From Lama guanicoe (Eukaryota), in contig MU053482.1 of NCBI GenBank assembly GCA_013239625.1, forward strand, positions 657,168-721,167: DNA of 64,000 nt, in the 5' to 3' direction. The notes beneath the pieces are model-generated. The model ran no database searches. It worked only from the letters and a program-made list of their open reading frames with translations, and was not told the origin of the DNA. A program made the position numbers and the translations under genes. Of this stretch, positions 51,112 to 63,160 are shown one piece after another; position 1 is the stretch's first letter, and each line of letters begins with the position of its first letter.

Positions 51112-52068
51112 TCAGCAAAGAGAATATCTCAAGAGAAGGGCTCGGCCACTTGCCATGGTTTTCCTAATGGCATCTTTGACCTCCTTGTTCCTCAGGCAGT
51201 AGATGATGGGGTTGAACATGGGAGTAAAAACTGCATAGATGGCTGAGATCAACTTGTTAGAATCGAATGAAGCAATGGCCCGAGGTCGGACATATATGAA
51301 GATCACAGCCGTGTAGAAGATGAGCACCACTGTAAGGTGAGAGGCACAGGTGGAGAAGGCCTTCCACTGCCCAGCGGCGGAGGGAATGTGCAGGATGGCA
51401 GAGACAATGAAGGCATAGGAAAGGACAGTGGCTGTGAGAGGAAACACAAGGATGACAATGGCTAGCACAAAGTCTACCAGCTCAGCCATGGAAAAGTCTG
51501 TGCAGGCCAGTTTGAGGATGGGGGAAACATCACAGAAAAAATGGTTCAAGATATTACTGCCGCAGAAGGCAACCTGGGAGATGAAGTATACCTTTGCCAT
51601 GGAGACGGTGAAGCCACTCACCCAGGAACTGATGGTTAGCTGAACACAAAATCCTGTGGTCATCATGACTGGATAGCGAAGAGGCCAGCATATAGCCACG
51701 TAACGGTCATAGGCCATGGCAGCCAAGAGCACACACTCAGTACAGGCGAGTGACATGAAGAAACAGAGCTGGGTCATGCATCCCAGGAAGGAGATAGTAT
51801 TGGAACAAAGTAAGAATCCAGCCAGCATCTTGGGCACAGTGACAGATATATATGAGGTCTCCAGAAAGGACATGGTGCCCAGAAAATAGTACATGGGCTT
51901 GTGCAAGGACCCAGTGACCCATACAGTGAGGATGATGACTACATTCTCCAACAGCACAAATAGGTAGGTGATGAGGAAGAGGAGGAACAGCAGAACTTGC
52001 AGCCAAGGGGAAGCAGGGAAGCCCACCAGGAGGAATTCACTGATATGAGTGATGTTTTCCTTCCGCAT
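51112..52068 (-). CDS. OR6B9: Olfactory receptor family 6 subfamily B (OR6B9 / mouse Olfr6 'M50'-like), 318 aa, intact
   Basis: MRKENITHISEF start; motifs LHKPMYYFL, MAYDRYVAICWPLRYP, KAFSTCASH, PMFNPIIYCLRNKEVK. Strong upstream acceptor (branch-like CTGCTAAT, pyrimidine tract, AG at 52116-52115). Orthology is from recalled similarity to mouse Olfr6. Confidence 0.9.
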   Translation of the reverse strand: MRKENITHISEFLLVGFPASPWLQVLLFLLFLITYLFVLLENVVIILTVWVTGSLHKPMYYFLGTMSFLETSYISVTVPKMLAGFLLCSNTISFLGCMTQLCFFMSLACTECVLLAAMAYDRYVAICWPLRYPVMMTTGFCVQLTISSWVSGFTVSMAKVYFISQVAFCGSNILNHFFCDVSPILKLACTDFSMAELVDFVLAIVILVFPLTATVLSYAFIVSAILHIPSAAGQWKAFSTCASHLTVVLIFYTAVIFIYVRPRAIASFDSNKLISAIYAVFTPMFNPIIYCLRNKEVKDAIRKTMASGRALLLRYSLC

Positions 52069-54264
52069 GGTTAGGACATGAAAAGACAAAGGATTTAAGG
52101 ATAGTAGCACCAAACTGAAGAGAGAAATTCACATTAGCAGCAAGGGATTAAACTTAATCCTAGTGCCATAATCTGGTCCCAGGATGCGATTTGGGAATCA
52201 TGAGAGGCCGCAAGATCCTCTCCAGAAAATAGGGTATCAGAATAGGACCTGAAAACAAATCCACCCCCAATACAAAGCAGAGAATCTCAAAGCAAAATCA
52301 TGAAGTCAGATTCAGGTTTCAGGCCTTTGGATCTGGGTCAGAAAGAGGTCTTCGGGAGTGCTAGATAGAAATCCTTTTCTTCTCAGCATATTCACAGATT
52401 TCAGGGGCAGCTGTTTGGTAGGAGACCATCGTGATTGGAAAAGTGCTGAGGATGGTCCAGGAAGCAGGGAAGTTCAAAATCTGGAGAAAATAAAATCAGA
52501 ATATCAACTGGAAAAGACCCTCCTGACCAGAAGAATTGCTGACTCTGGTCTACTCCTCAGCTATGTTGTGTCTTCTGAAGACACTGGCAAAAGTGCTTAA
52601 CAATTCAGTGCCTATTTTTAAGGCCATGGCGTAAAAAATTGAATGAAGGAATGTCTACCCTCTTAGAGTCATTATATACATTTTGATTTTTTAGATGGCT
52701 CCTAGGAACACTAATGATAATAGTTATATATAAAATATATACAAAATAGTTTTACTTATGCATATATAATATTATATACACACATACATTGCTGGAAGAA
52801 GTGTTAATTCTATCTACTCACTGACTGAAACTCCTCCTCATTATGGATAATTCTTGAGGACACGTTGCATTTAAGAAGCTGCGTTGGGAGTGAGAAGTCA
52901 GGAAATTCAACAACTCAGAAGGGTCCTGGGCTTCCCAGCGCACAGTATGTAATCGGAGGAGAGAACTGAAATTTACAAACACTTCCATCCTAAGTGGAGA
53001 TAGAAGAAAGAGAAAAGTAGAAATAAAAGTTGGCTTGAGATTATAAATAAAATCATTCTAAAAAAAGAAACATTCTTTTCAAGGAGACCAAGCAAGACAA
53101 ACTGGAAAGGGAAAGGCAGAATTCAGGGACCTGAAATGAAAGAAGAATAAGATGTGAAATTTCCTAGATGTTTAGTAATTATTTCTGATTTATATCTGTT
53201 CTGTGGCCTAAAAGCCCCAGATCTCCAATAAAGTAGTTGGTTATATGTGTTGGAAAAATTACCGCAGTGAAATGAACTCAAATGTGACATCTTTCTCTAC
53301 TAAAAAGCATTATCCTTTTATTAATTTTTACAGCTCTCTCAGGGAAGTCATTTTTGTCCAGGAGGTATGACACAGTATGGAAGCGCAGCCTAAATCTTAC
53401 CAATTACATAACAAGATTGTGAAGGAATTTTTACATAGGAATGCACCCTCACTTGTGTCTGCTATTTTAGGAATCATAGAAAACAGAAGAGTAACATAAC
53501 AAGAGACTCAGCATCGACAAAAGAAGCCCCAGCATTTGGAGTGTAAAGGATTAAGGAAACTGGAGACCAGTGTGACAAGTACTTGGAAGACCTGAAGTCT
53601 AGTCCATGATTTATCTCTTAATAACTTTATAATCTGGAGCAAACCTCAGTTTGCCTAAACTTTAATTCCTATTAGAGTGAAAAAAAGAGTTGTAATACAA
53701 AAACATTGAACAAATTATGCATGCTGATAATTTAGAGAATCATTAGTGGTTAAGATAAAGATCTGATGCATATTCATTGGAGGCTTGGCCCCACCCTGAA
53801 TTTTGAAAATATAAAGATGAAAAAGTCAGATTTCCCCATTCAAAGTCTTGAGGAGAAAAAACAAATAACAAGCTATTACAGTGTTTTCTCCTCAAGACTT
53901 TGATGCTCTTCACCCCACCCCTCATTGACCCTCATATGTATCTAAATCTGTATGAGCTCCCCCACTGTATAGTGACCTCTGATCCAGCCACTGACCTGGT
54001 ATGGCTCACTCAGTCACTGTTTCCTAACTTTGAAGGTCTTTATTAGGAAAAGAGTGTTGGCTCAGTCAGGGGTGGGACTCACCTGCTGAATCAAAGGAAT
54101 AGATTGATGTATATCACTTGGAAGATGCTACAGGTGGGAAATAGGTTTTCTCAAGAAGGAAGTGGAAGTTTGATGAGAACTGGGGGAATGGGACAAATAA
54201 GGGAAGGCAGTTTGTGCAGTTCAGGTGGAAGGTAGATGGAAAGGAAAGTCAAAAGTTCAAGTCT

Positions 54265-54665
54265 TGATAATTATATTGCATAAAGTAAGTCAGACAAAGA
54301 AAGACATCTTATATGATATCACTTATATGTGAAATCTAAAAAAGATGATACAAATTCTATTTACAAACAAAAAACAGATTCATGGACATAGAAAATAAAC
54401 TATGATTCCCAAAGGAGAAAGAGTGAGGAGGGATAAACTAGGGGCTGGGGATTAATGGACACACATTACTATACATATAAAATAAACAAGGACCTGCTGT
54501 ATATAGGACAGGGAACTATATTTGATTTCTTGTAATAACACAATGGAAAAGAATCTGAAAAGCAAACATATATATGTATGTATATGTATAACTGAATCAC
54601 TTTGCTGTACACCTGAAACTAACACTGCAAAATCAACTACACTTCAGGAAACTTTTTTTTTAAAG
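54265..54665 (+). mobile_element. Cetartiodactyl-type L1 3' UTR fragment
   Basis: aagtaagtcagacaaagaaagac...acaaggacctgctgtata...actgaatcactttgctgtacacctgaaactaacac. Confidence 0.8.
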
Positions 54666-54849
54666 CTTTCATCACAAGAAAAAGAAAATAAAGGTTCAAG
54701 TCTCAGCAGAAATACAGCGAGCCCGCACTGCAGGGGGCTAAGACCCATACAGACTCTGGCAAGGTCTGTTGTCCATTCAAGACAACATGTATAGATATTA
54801 AATAGTATTGCCCTCTCCAGACTGAGTAATCTTGCTAAAATATAAATAT

Positions 54850-55375
54850 GAACATGTGACTTTCCAGTTCAAACCCTTCAGTGATTATACTGTACATCTG
54901 AACACCTTATGTTGCATAGCAGGTCCCTCATGATCTGACTCCCACATCCCTCGTATCGTAATCTTTCTTCCTCAGCTACTCAACTGAAGCTCAAGCCACA
55001 CTGAGGAATTTAAAGTTGTTCGGTACAATATCCTCCTTCAAGACTATGCAGTTGCACATACTCTATCTTTTATCTGAAATTCTTTCTAACTCTTGCCACC
55101 TGGCAAATGCCTACTTAACCATCCCTAACCACCCTTTGCTATCACCATTTCCTTCCCATCACCCCAGCTATCTGGTTTTATAATATTTTAGACCTAAAAG
55201 CAAAATATCATGATAATATGTATTAGTTTGTTTACCTGTCACCACTACTAGATTTATGAGCTCCCTGAAAATACCAAATTTATCCTATTTTTAGCTTGTT
55301 TATCTTTTTATCTCTAATATTTAGCTCAGTTCTTGATGCATGGTTGGCACTCAGTAAGCAAATAATTTGTGATGT
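54850..55375 (+). mobile_element. L2 3' fragment
   Basis: aggtccctcatgatctgact...cctggcaaatgcctact...tttagctcagttcttgatgcatggttggcactcagtaagc. Confidence 0.55.
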
Positions 55376-57120
55376 TTAATTGACCAGATGTCTCACCATA
55401 ATGCATTCTGTTATTCCTCTTGAGGAACCTTAGTGAAGTAGGTCATCTTGGTTGAGTCTTGCTTGGAGATCTTGATTCCATTGTCCAGTAGTTCAACCCG
55501 TGGAGAGGTATTCATAGAATATGCCCTATGCCACCACTGTGAGTCTTTGCCTCTTCACTTTGGGGCTTGAAGATAGAAGACAGAAAGGAAAGAGGGTGGA
55601 AAAAGGAAAAAGAAGTAAAGGAGCGGCTCTGGAATAACCTGATCTAAATCCTTGAAAATTGCTTCTCTGAGAAACTTAAGAATTTGATGACTTTGTAATT
55701 CTCACCTGGAAAAGATTCTAGGGTCCAGATGGATTATACAGAAACTAAAAATTGTTCTTCTATATAATTCAAGGAAAAGGCAACATCACCTCAAATTCAT
55801 ATTTGTGGTACGACTTTTAAATCCCAAAATTAAAAGTTACTTCTGAGTCTGTTGGATGCCCTGTTGGACGATAAGAACCCAAGGTGGGAGAGATTTGTTT
55901 TCTGTTTTATAGATTTTTTTCTCTGTATATATTCAGTGTGTATCTCTTCCCACTCCTCTCTTCTTTCTCTTGTTCTATTTCTCTGCCACTGATCTTGGGC
56001 TGGCTTTGTATGTTGACTCCTCCCACAGACCTCACTCAGACAGAACTTAGAACTGTACAATTCCAGGATGCAATAAGCCCACTGCTCAGTAGAAACAACT
56101 GTCCTTTAAAAGACACATCCTTGGGGACCTGGTTCACAAACGCTGCAGGATTTTCAAAAGCAACAATGACAAAGAAGTTAGAGAAATTTCCCCTAGTGAC
56201 CTCCAAGGGTCAAAAGAGAAGGTGTCAAATAATTATCAGTTGGAGAAACAGAGCAGCAACAGCTTTATGGCAAATCAACCTGCTGACTAATCCTAACTCT
56301 AGCCCTAACCCTTGATTTTCCTTCCACTCAGCTTGTCCAGGAAGTAATAATTACCCATGACCTATTACTTTAAGGCATTAATGTTATTTGGGAGGGTGTT
56401 GGTGAGAGGATCAAAATACACAAAAGAGGATTTAACAGTGTTAATAGTACATACTAAGCTCTAGGGAGAAGAACAACTTTCTCTCCATTTCTGCCACTCA
56501 AGAGACAAGTATTCGTAAACATCAAAGACAAACAATTGAACATGGGGCTAGGAAATCAAGCTGCAGTAGGTAAAGCAAATTTAGAAGTGGCCAGCTTTGA
56601 TTCTTTTATCTTTTAAGGAAACGTCTGTTGCCTTGGCTCTTCCTTTTGGGTTGTTTTACATTGTTCTTCTCTTTCATATCTCATGTGAATAGTTATTGAG
56701 AATAACCTGAGGAAGAGGTATGGCAGGAGAAATATCCATTCTTAGAAATCCAAGAAGAAAATAAGCAAGGATCCAAAGCAAAGGAGGGCAGGAGACAAGG
56801 CCATGGGCACATGGAACAGGCAGCTGATGGCATCTCTGCTGTAAACCTCCTCTTTCCTCTAATTTCATCTTTCCCTGTCTCCAGTTACCATTAGAGTGAT
56901 AAGATCTTGAGGGCGGTGAATAGATGGTGGGTCTAGGGGAAAGTACAAGGAGACTGCCCAGGCTTTTCAAAGTCTAGGAGTTAGGCCAGAGGAACAAGAA
57001 ATGACCTTATGTCTCAGCTCTGGTCCAGGCCTGCTCACCAATTAGGAGACTGAGGACACAGATCTAATGTGTGACAGAATGAGTCTTTGCCTGCACCACC
57101 CCCTCTGTGTATATCTCACT

Positions 57121-57258
57121 TTTTAAAATTATTTTTGGGTGAGGTAATTAGTTTTATTTGTTTAGTTAGTTGTTATTTTTTTAATGGAGGTGCTGGGGAT
57201 TGAACACTGGACCTCATACATGCTAAGCACACTCTACCACTCAGTTATACCCCGCCCC
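57121..57258 (-). mobile_element. tRNA-derived SINE, camelid Vic-1-like
   Basis: Reverse complement: GGGTATAACTGAGTGGTAGAGTGTGCTTAGCATG...GTTCAATCCCCAGCACCTCCA (A/B boxes), then an A-rich tail with CTAATTACCTC. Confidence 0.8.
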
Positions 57259-57860
57259 TACCATATCACTCTTTGAAAATGGTAAGTGTGGTAGCTGCAG
57301 ATAAAGGTTATTGTCCAATATTTGGGGATATTCTTAGTTCCCTCTTAAATAATTATCTATCAGAGATAAGATTAACAAATGTAAGTATGCTGATCAGTAG
57401 AATTTTGGTGCCATCTTTACAGCATTCATTTGAACACATTTTTTTGCACTCAAATTCATGAGCAAGAACAAAAGTAAGTTTTTTATTTGTGAATTTATTT
57501 TTATAAATGCACATAGTGAGTTGTAAATAGCATGTCAATTTATTCATTCAGTTAATGCCCTTTAGTAAAAATAAAATTAGGTGAAATAATTATAAAATTC
57601 AACAGGAAAATATTTATTACTATATTTATATCATTCATATGATGTAGGGATTTAAAAAATACAAGATATTTTTACATGTATGCCCAAAAAGAACTCTGCT
57701 TCTCAATATTCAGAAGATTTACTGATTTGGTTAATTTGATTGTCAATAGCTGAAATATTGGAATTCTAGGATAATTCCAGATACTTTAGGGACTAATAAA
57801 ACTATGCACTCAATCTCTCAAGCCAGAAACCTTTCAATGATTCTAAATGTAAATCCTTTA

Positions 57861-59318
57861 TCCAGTCATCTGTTGATGGACATTTACGCTGTCTCCATGT
57901 CTTGGCTATTGTAAATAGAGCTGCTATGAACATTGGGGTGCAGGTGTCTTTTTGAAGTAGGGTTCCTTCTGTATATATGCCCAGGAGCGGGATTCCTGGG
58001 TCATATGGTAAATCTATTTCTAGTCTTTTGAGGAATCTCCATACTGTTTTCCACAGTGGCTGTACCAAACTGCATTTGCACCAGCAGTGTAGGAGGGTTC
58101 CCTTTTCTCCACAGCCTCTCCAGCATTTTTCATTTGTGGATTTTTGAATGATGGCCATTCTGATTGGTGTGAGGTGATACCTCATCGTGGTTTCGATTTG
58201 CATTTCTCTGATAATTAGTGATATTGAGCATTTTTTCATGTGCCTATTTATCATTTGTATTTCTTCCTTGGAGAATTGCTTGTTTAGGTCTTCTGCCCAT
58301 TTTTGGATTGAGTTGTTTGTTTTTTTCTTATTAAGTTGTATGGGCTGCTTATATATTCTGGAGATCAAGCCTTTGTCGGTTTCATTTGCAAAAATTTTCT
58401 CCCATTCCGTAGATTGTCATTTTGTTTTACTTATGGTTTCCTTTGCTATGCAGAAGCTTGTAAGTGTAATTAGGCCCCATTTATTTATTCTTGCTTTTAT
58501 TTCTATTGCCTGGGTAGACTGCCCTAGGAGAACATTTTTGAGATGTATGTCAGATGTTTTGCCTTTATTTTCTTCTAGGAGGTTTATTGTATCTTGTCTT
58601 ATGTTTAAGTCTTTGATCCATTTTGAGTTTATTTTTGTGTATGGTGTAAGGGAGTGTTCTAGCTTCATTGCTTTACATGCTGCCGTCCAGTTTTCCCAAC
58701 ACCATTTGCTGAAGAGACTGTCTTTATTCCATTGTATATTCTTGCCTCCTTTGTCGAAGATTAGTTGACCAAAAGTTTGTGGGTTCATTTCTGGGCTCTC
58801 TATTCTGTTCCATTGGTCTATATGTCTGGATAAATAAGATGTGGTATATTTATATAAATGGAATACTATTCAGCCATAAAAATGACAACATAACGCCATT
58901 TGCAGCAACATGGGTGTTCCTGGAGAATGTCATTCTAAGTGAAGTAAGCCAGAAAGATAAAGAAAAATACCATATGAGATCGCTCACATGTGGAATCTAA
59001 AAAAACCCAAAACAAAACATAAATACAAAACAGAAATAGACTCATAGACATAGAATACAAACTTGTGGTTGCCAAAGGGGAGGGGGGTGGGAAGGGATAG
59101 ACTGGGATTTAAAAATGTAGAATAGATAAACAAGATTATACTGTACAGCACAGGGAAATATATACAAGATCTTATGGTAGCTCACAGAGAAAGAAATGTG
59201 ACAATGAATATATATATATGTTCATGTACAACTGAAAAATTGTGCTCTACGCTGAAATTTGACACAACACTGTAAAATGATTATAACTCAATAAAAAAAT
59301 GTTATAAATCAATCAATC
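57861..59318 (+). mobile_element. 5'-inverted (twin-primed) L1 insertion: inverted part ~57856-58828, sense part 58826-59318
   Basis: The inverted ORF2 segment ends where the sense segment begins in L1 coordinates (ctggataaa). TSD AATCCTTTA at 57852-57860 and 59319-59327. Confidence 0.9.
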
Positions 59319-60627
59319 AATCCTTTAACTTAAAACACCCCTGTGAACCAAATGACTAAGGCTGTCCCTATATTTTAAAAATTCAAGGATTGCCATTGGT
59401 AGGGCTGTAGGGACTTCTGTGAATACTTAAGAGCAAGAACAACTCTTTGCAGAAAACTGAGACTAACATGAATAAGTCGTGTGCCTGCCATGTTCTAAAG
59501 ACTTCACATATGTTATCTAATCTAACACTTCCAGCAGCTCTATAAAATGTATTATTATTCCCAGTTTCCAAATAAGGAAATCAAGTTTCTAAATAAATAA
59601 AAATTTTCTCAGGGTGATTGCATCGGTCAGCGTTGTGTTACAAATAATAGAAGTCACCTTAGCTAGTTTAAGCAGAAAGAGAGTTTGTAAAATCATTGTG
59701 AGGGCTGAGTTCAGGGGTTTGGGCTGAACCCCAGGAACAACTTTCAGCCTCCAGACCCCCTTGTCTCAACAACAATAGAGCAAGTGGCTGCTGTGGCTGC
59801 TGCTCCCTCTCCAGGGCTGATGCACCAGAATCTGCTGGTTCCAGGGCTTTAGCCGTAATCCACACCAGCTCAGTGGATATCCCGCAATCTGCCTCCCTCT
59901 GCATGTGATTTATGTGTGAATCAAAGTGTCATGTAAATGCAACATACAGGAGCCAACCTAAACATGAATGAAAGCCCAATAATTGTAGTTTTAAGCTTTC
60001 CAGCCTTAGCATGTTAGAAAACATTGAAATGGATATGAAGAACTAATGCATGACGTTTGCCTCAGTCTAAAAAAGAGTTGGAGGAGAACAGAATGTTTAA
60101 AACTTGGAACTATGCCAGAAAATTTGGACGGTATGGAAGTATGAGATACATTCAGGTAGGGATTTATTCCTTAAATTTTTATTGATCACTGAATACATAA
60201 TCATTTTTAGTAATTGTGAGTCATAAAGAAACTTACAATCAAGTATGGGAAATAATATGTGTATTTGAATCATTGTCAGTATAAGACAAAGTCTAAAGAG
60301 TGTTATAACCAAGATAGCATCACCTTGAACAGAAGGTAAGCCGAGGTAGAGGTCATTTCTTCCCAACAGGTGTGGGGACAAATCAGCACAAGCTGGAAGT
60401 TGAAGAAAACAGAAGAAGTGTCATAGAAGACTTCAGACTCCGGTTGAGTTTTAAAGATATCATGAGCAGTCCTGTACTTTGTATTTTGTTGAATAATACA
60501 GCAGTATATGTCCAACGCTGCACCAGGTGCCTTCACGTGTATTCATTTTCATTTAATCTTCATACCAACTTTTGACCCACATTTCACAAATGAGGAAACT
60601 GAATCTCAAAGAAATTGAAGTCCTGTA

Positions 60628-60905
60628 GAAAAGAAATTATGATTACCAAACTAAGGGTGAGAAATGATAAATTAGGGGTTGGGGATTAATAGACACATGT
60701 TACTATATATAAAATAGATAAACAACAAGGAGCTACTGTATAGCACAGGGAACTATATTCAATTTCTTGCTGTATAATATAATGGAAAAGAATCTGAAAT
60801 TAAAAAAAATGTGTATGTCTATGTATAACTGAATCACTTTGCTCTATACCTTAAATTAACATTGTAAATCAACTGCACTTCAGTAAAAAAATTTTTTTTA
60901 AAAAG
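60628..60905 (+). mobile_element. L1 3' end fragment inserted in a MIR remnant
   Basis: ataaacaacaaggagctactgtatagcacagggaactatattcaa...aatcaactgcacttcagtaaaaaaa. MIR-like text (cccacatttcacaaatgaggaaactga) lies just upstream. Confidence 0.8.
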
Positions 60906-61019
60906 TGAACCACAGTTAACTTTTTTTAAATGGAAAAAAACTAAAAAAGAAACTGAAAAACAAAGCTAACAGTTGGTAATGCCAGAGTCTTGAGCTAAAT
61001 ATTTGCCTCACAAGACCAT

Positions 61020-61057
61020 CTACTTTCCCAATATTTTGCTACTTTCCCAATATTTTG
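61020..61057 (+). repeat. Perfect 19-bp tandem duplication CTACTTTCCCAATATTTTG x2
   Basis: Seen directly. Confidence 0.9.
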
Positions 61058-61453
61058 CCACTTAGCCCATTGCCAGTGAGGCTGTTTTAAAAGCCTAGTT
61101 ATGTTTTTTATTAGAAGATAGTAAACCTGAGTGAGCAAAAGAGAAGCACCTGGGGAAATATATAAACTATATTGGGGTAGTTCTTCTATAGATCTTATAG
61201 TCTTATTTACTCCGATAAGAGAAGAAATGCAACCTAAAAGCAGAAAAGAGAAGTAGTTCTGGGCAGTAAACTAACTTAAACCTAGGGGGTGGGAAATAGA
61301 GAGTAACCAGCACAGGTGTCTACAGTGTCAGGGACTGTGGCCGATAATGTAGATTCAAGAATGCATAAGGTTAGTTTTCTGCCCTAGAGAAACTCACAAC
61401 CTACCGATATTCACAAACTTCCGTCAATTGTTCAGAATGAAAAGGTGCTACAA

Positions 61454-62435
61454 TGAAGGCCGAGTATTGAAAGTCTATTCCCTTTGTTCCTGCCTCACTC
61501 ATGACTGCCTGACTGCCGTTTACCTGGTAGAAATGCAACAAGCTGAAGTTCTAGTGAAGGAGCAGCAAACAAACTAACTCCCTGATGCTAAAACTGTTTG
61601 CTGATTTCTTTTGACTAAGAAATCCTGCAGTTTGGTTTCTCTCCCTTACTGCTTTTGTACTAAACAACTCCCAAACTTTTCCCTTACATTCCTTACGACA
61701 ATAGCTTTAACCCAGGGGCTAGGCTCCAGGAAGGAGGTAATGGGCCGATCATTTCCTCCCTGCACCAGGAAGATGATCGAGGTTAAGAGGAATGTAGCAC
61801 CCTGTAAAGCGCCCTGATGCTTAAAACCTTTTCTGTTCCATCCAGTTTTTCTAATAAAACCTCAAGACCCCAACCCCAAGATGGACTCAGTCTCTAAGGA
61901 ATTAGCCTGCGGTGATTCTCCTCTGCCTCGCAAAGCAGTACAGCTGTTCTCTTTGGATTCTCCCAAACTGCCTCCAAGTCTCAGTCCATCTTTGGGGCAC
62001 AGAGGCTGGTTTTGCAGTGTTACGGAAATGACAGGCCAGCCAAGAAACAAGCACCACTCGGAGGGTTGGAGTACTCAGATTTATTACGCCGGCGGGCTCA
62101 GAGGGGCTTCTGCTCCGAAGCTCTGAGCACCTCCAAGATGTGCACATGAGGTTTTATAGGGTTAATTACAAGTATGGGCTAGTAGCCAATAAGGCTCAAA
62201 TAACAAAAAGCAAGGAGTCAGTACACTGAAGCTTATCAATTCGGAACAGATCACGTTACTGACACTTGTTGAGCTTGGATTTACGAGTTAGCTTGTTAGC
62301 CCAGTAAACTGACACTAAACTTTAGATTTACAAGTTAGCCTAGCAGAACTTATATCAGTAAACCGACACTTATCACACTTAGATTTGTGACTTAGCTTGT
62401 TAGCCCAGCTGGGCTTTTCCTTCACAGCAGCAACA
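61454..62435 (+). mobile_element. ERV LTR (host), split near its 3' end by a younger LTR
   Basis: TG start and LTR-like composition. The 3' end ...GGTTTTGCAG|CAACA is restored when the 62018-62426 insert and one TSD copy are removed. Its own TSD was not found. Confidence 0.6.
62018..62426 (-). mobile_element. Young ERV1-type solo LTR, 409 bp, 4-bp TSD
   Basis: TGT...ACA termini, TSD GCAG, minus-strand ATTGG, TATAAAA and AATAAA in LTR order, U3 repeats CTGGGCTAACAAGCTAA, CpGs retained. Confidence 0.88.
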
Positions 62436-62954
62436 GTAGTACTTGCAGAAACTGAAACTGCCTCTGCAGAATTGATTACGCATCCACAAACCTATACAGT
62501 AAGAGGAAATTCACAGGCTGGTAAGATTTGGGTCGGTAAACATGACGCTACTTCCTCGCATGATCCCTTCTTCATTATGTCACTCTGTGTTAATGATCTT
62601 TCAGGTGTTTGAGTGTGCTGTTGTCTTTCTTCACGCTTGGCCTTTTCCCAGTTTGCAACGCCTGATCATTAGTACTGTCCACCATTTTTCATCTGGCTGA
62701 TTCCTTCAAGTGTTAGCCTACATGCTACTTCTGCTGGAGCATTTTCTCTGATCATCCTGGGTCTACCTATTATTTGCCTCCATAGAACCCTGCACTCACA
62801 TCATCACACTTACTAACACTAAAGGTAATTGCACCTTCATCTTCTCTACTCATCTCTGAGATGTTTGAAGGAAGAATCTGTGTCTGTTTTTGCAGTTGTT
62901 GTTGACCATTTTGGGGGCTCAAGAAATAGTGAATGAATGAATGAAGTTAAGAAA

Positions 62955-63160
62955 GTTTGGGATTTGCAGATATTAATTACTATATATAAAAAACAGATAA
63001 ACAAGTTCCTACTGTATAGCACAGGGAACTATGTTCGACACCTTGTAATAGCCTACAATGAAAAAGAATATAAAAAGGTATATATATATAATTGAATCAA
63101 TATGCTGTACACCAGAAATTAACACAACATTGTAAATCAACTATACAACAATAAAAAGGA
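62955..63160 (+). mobile_element. L1 3' end fragment
   Basis: gatttgcagatattaattactatat...ctgtatagcacagggaactatg...aacattgtaaatcaactatacaacaataaaaa. Confidence 0.8.

Noticed and set aside
55884..56315. 143-aa and other short hydrophobic ORFs in intergenic DNA
   Set aside because: Low-complexity, often non-ATG starts and no recognisable domains; expected by chance in AT-rich DNA.
57185..57258. tRNA-like sequence on the minus strand
   Set aside because: It is degenerate and followed by a SINE-type A-rich tail, so it is a tRNA-derived SINE rather than a tRNA gene.
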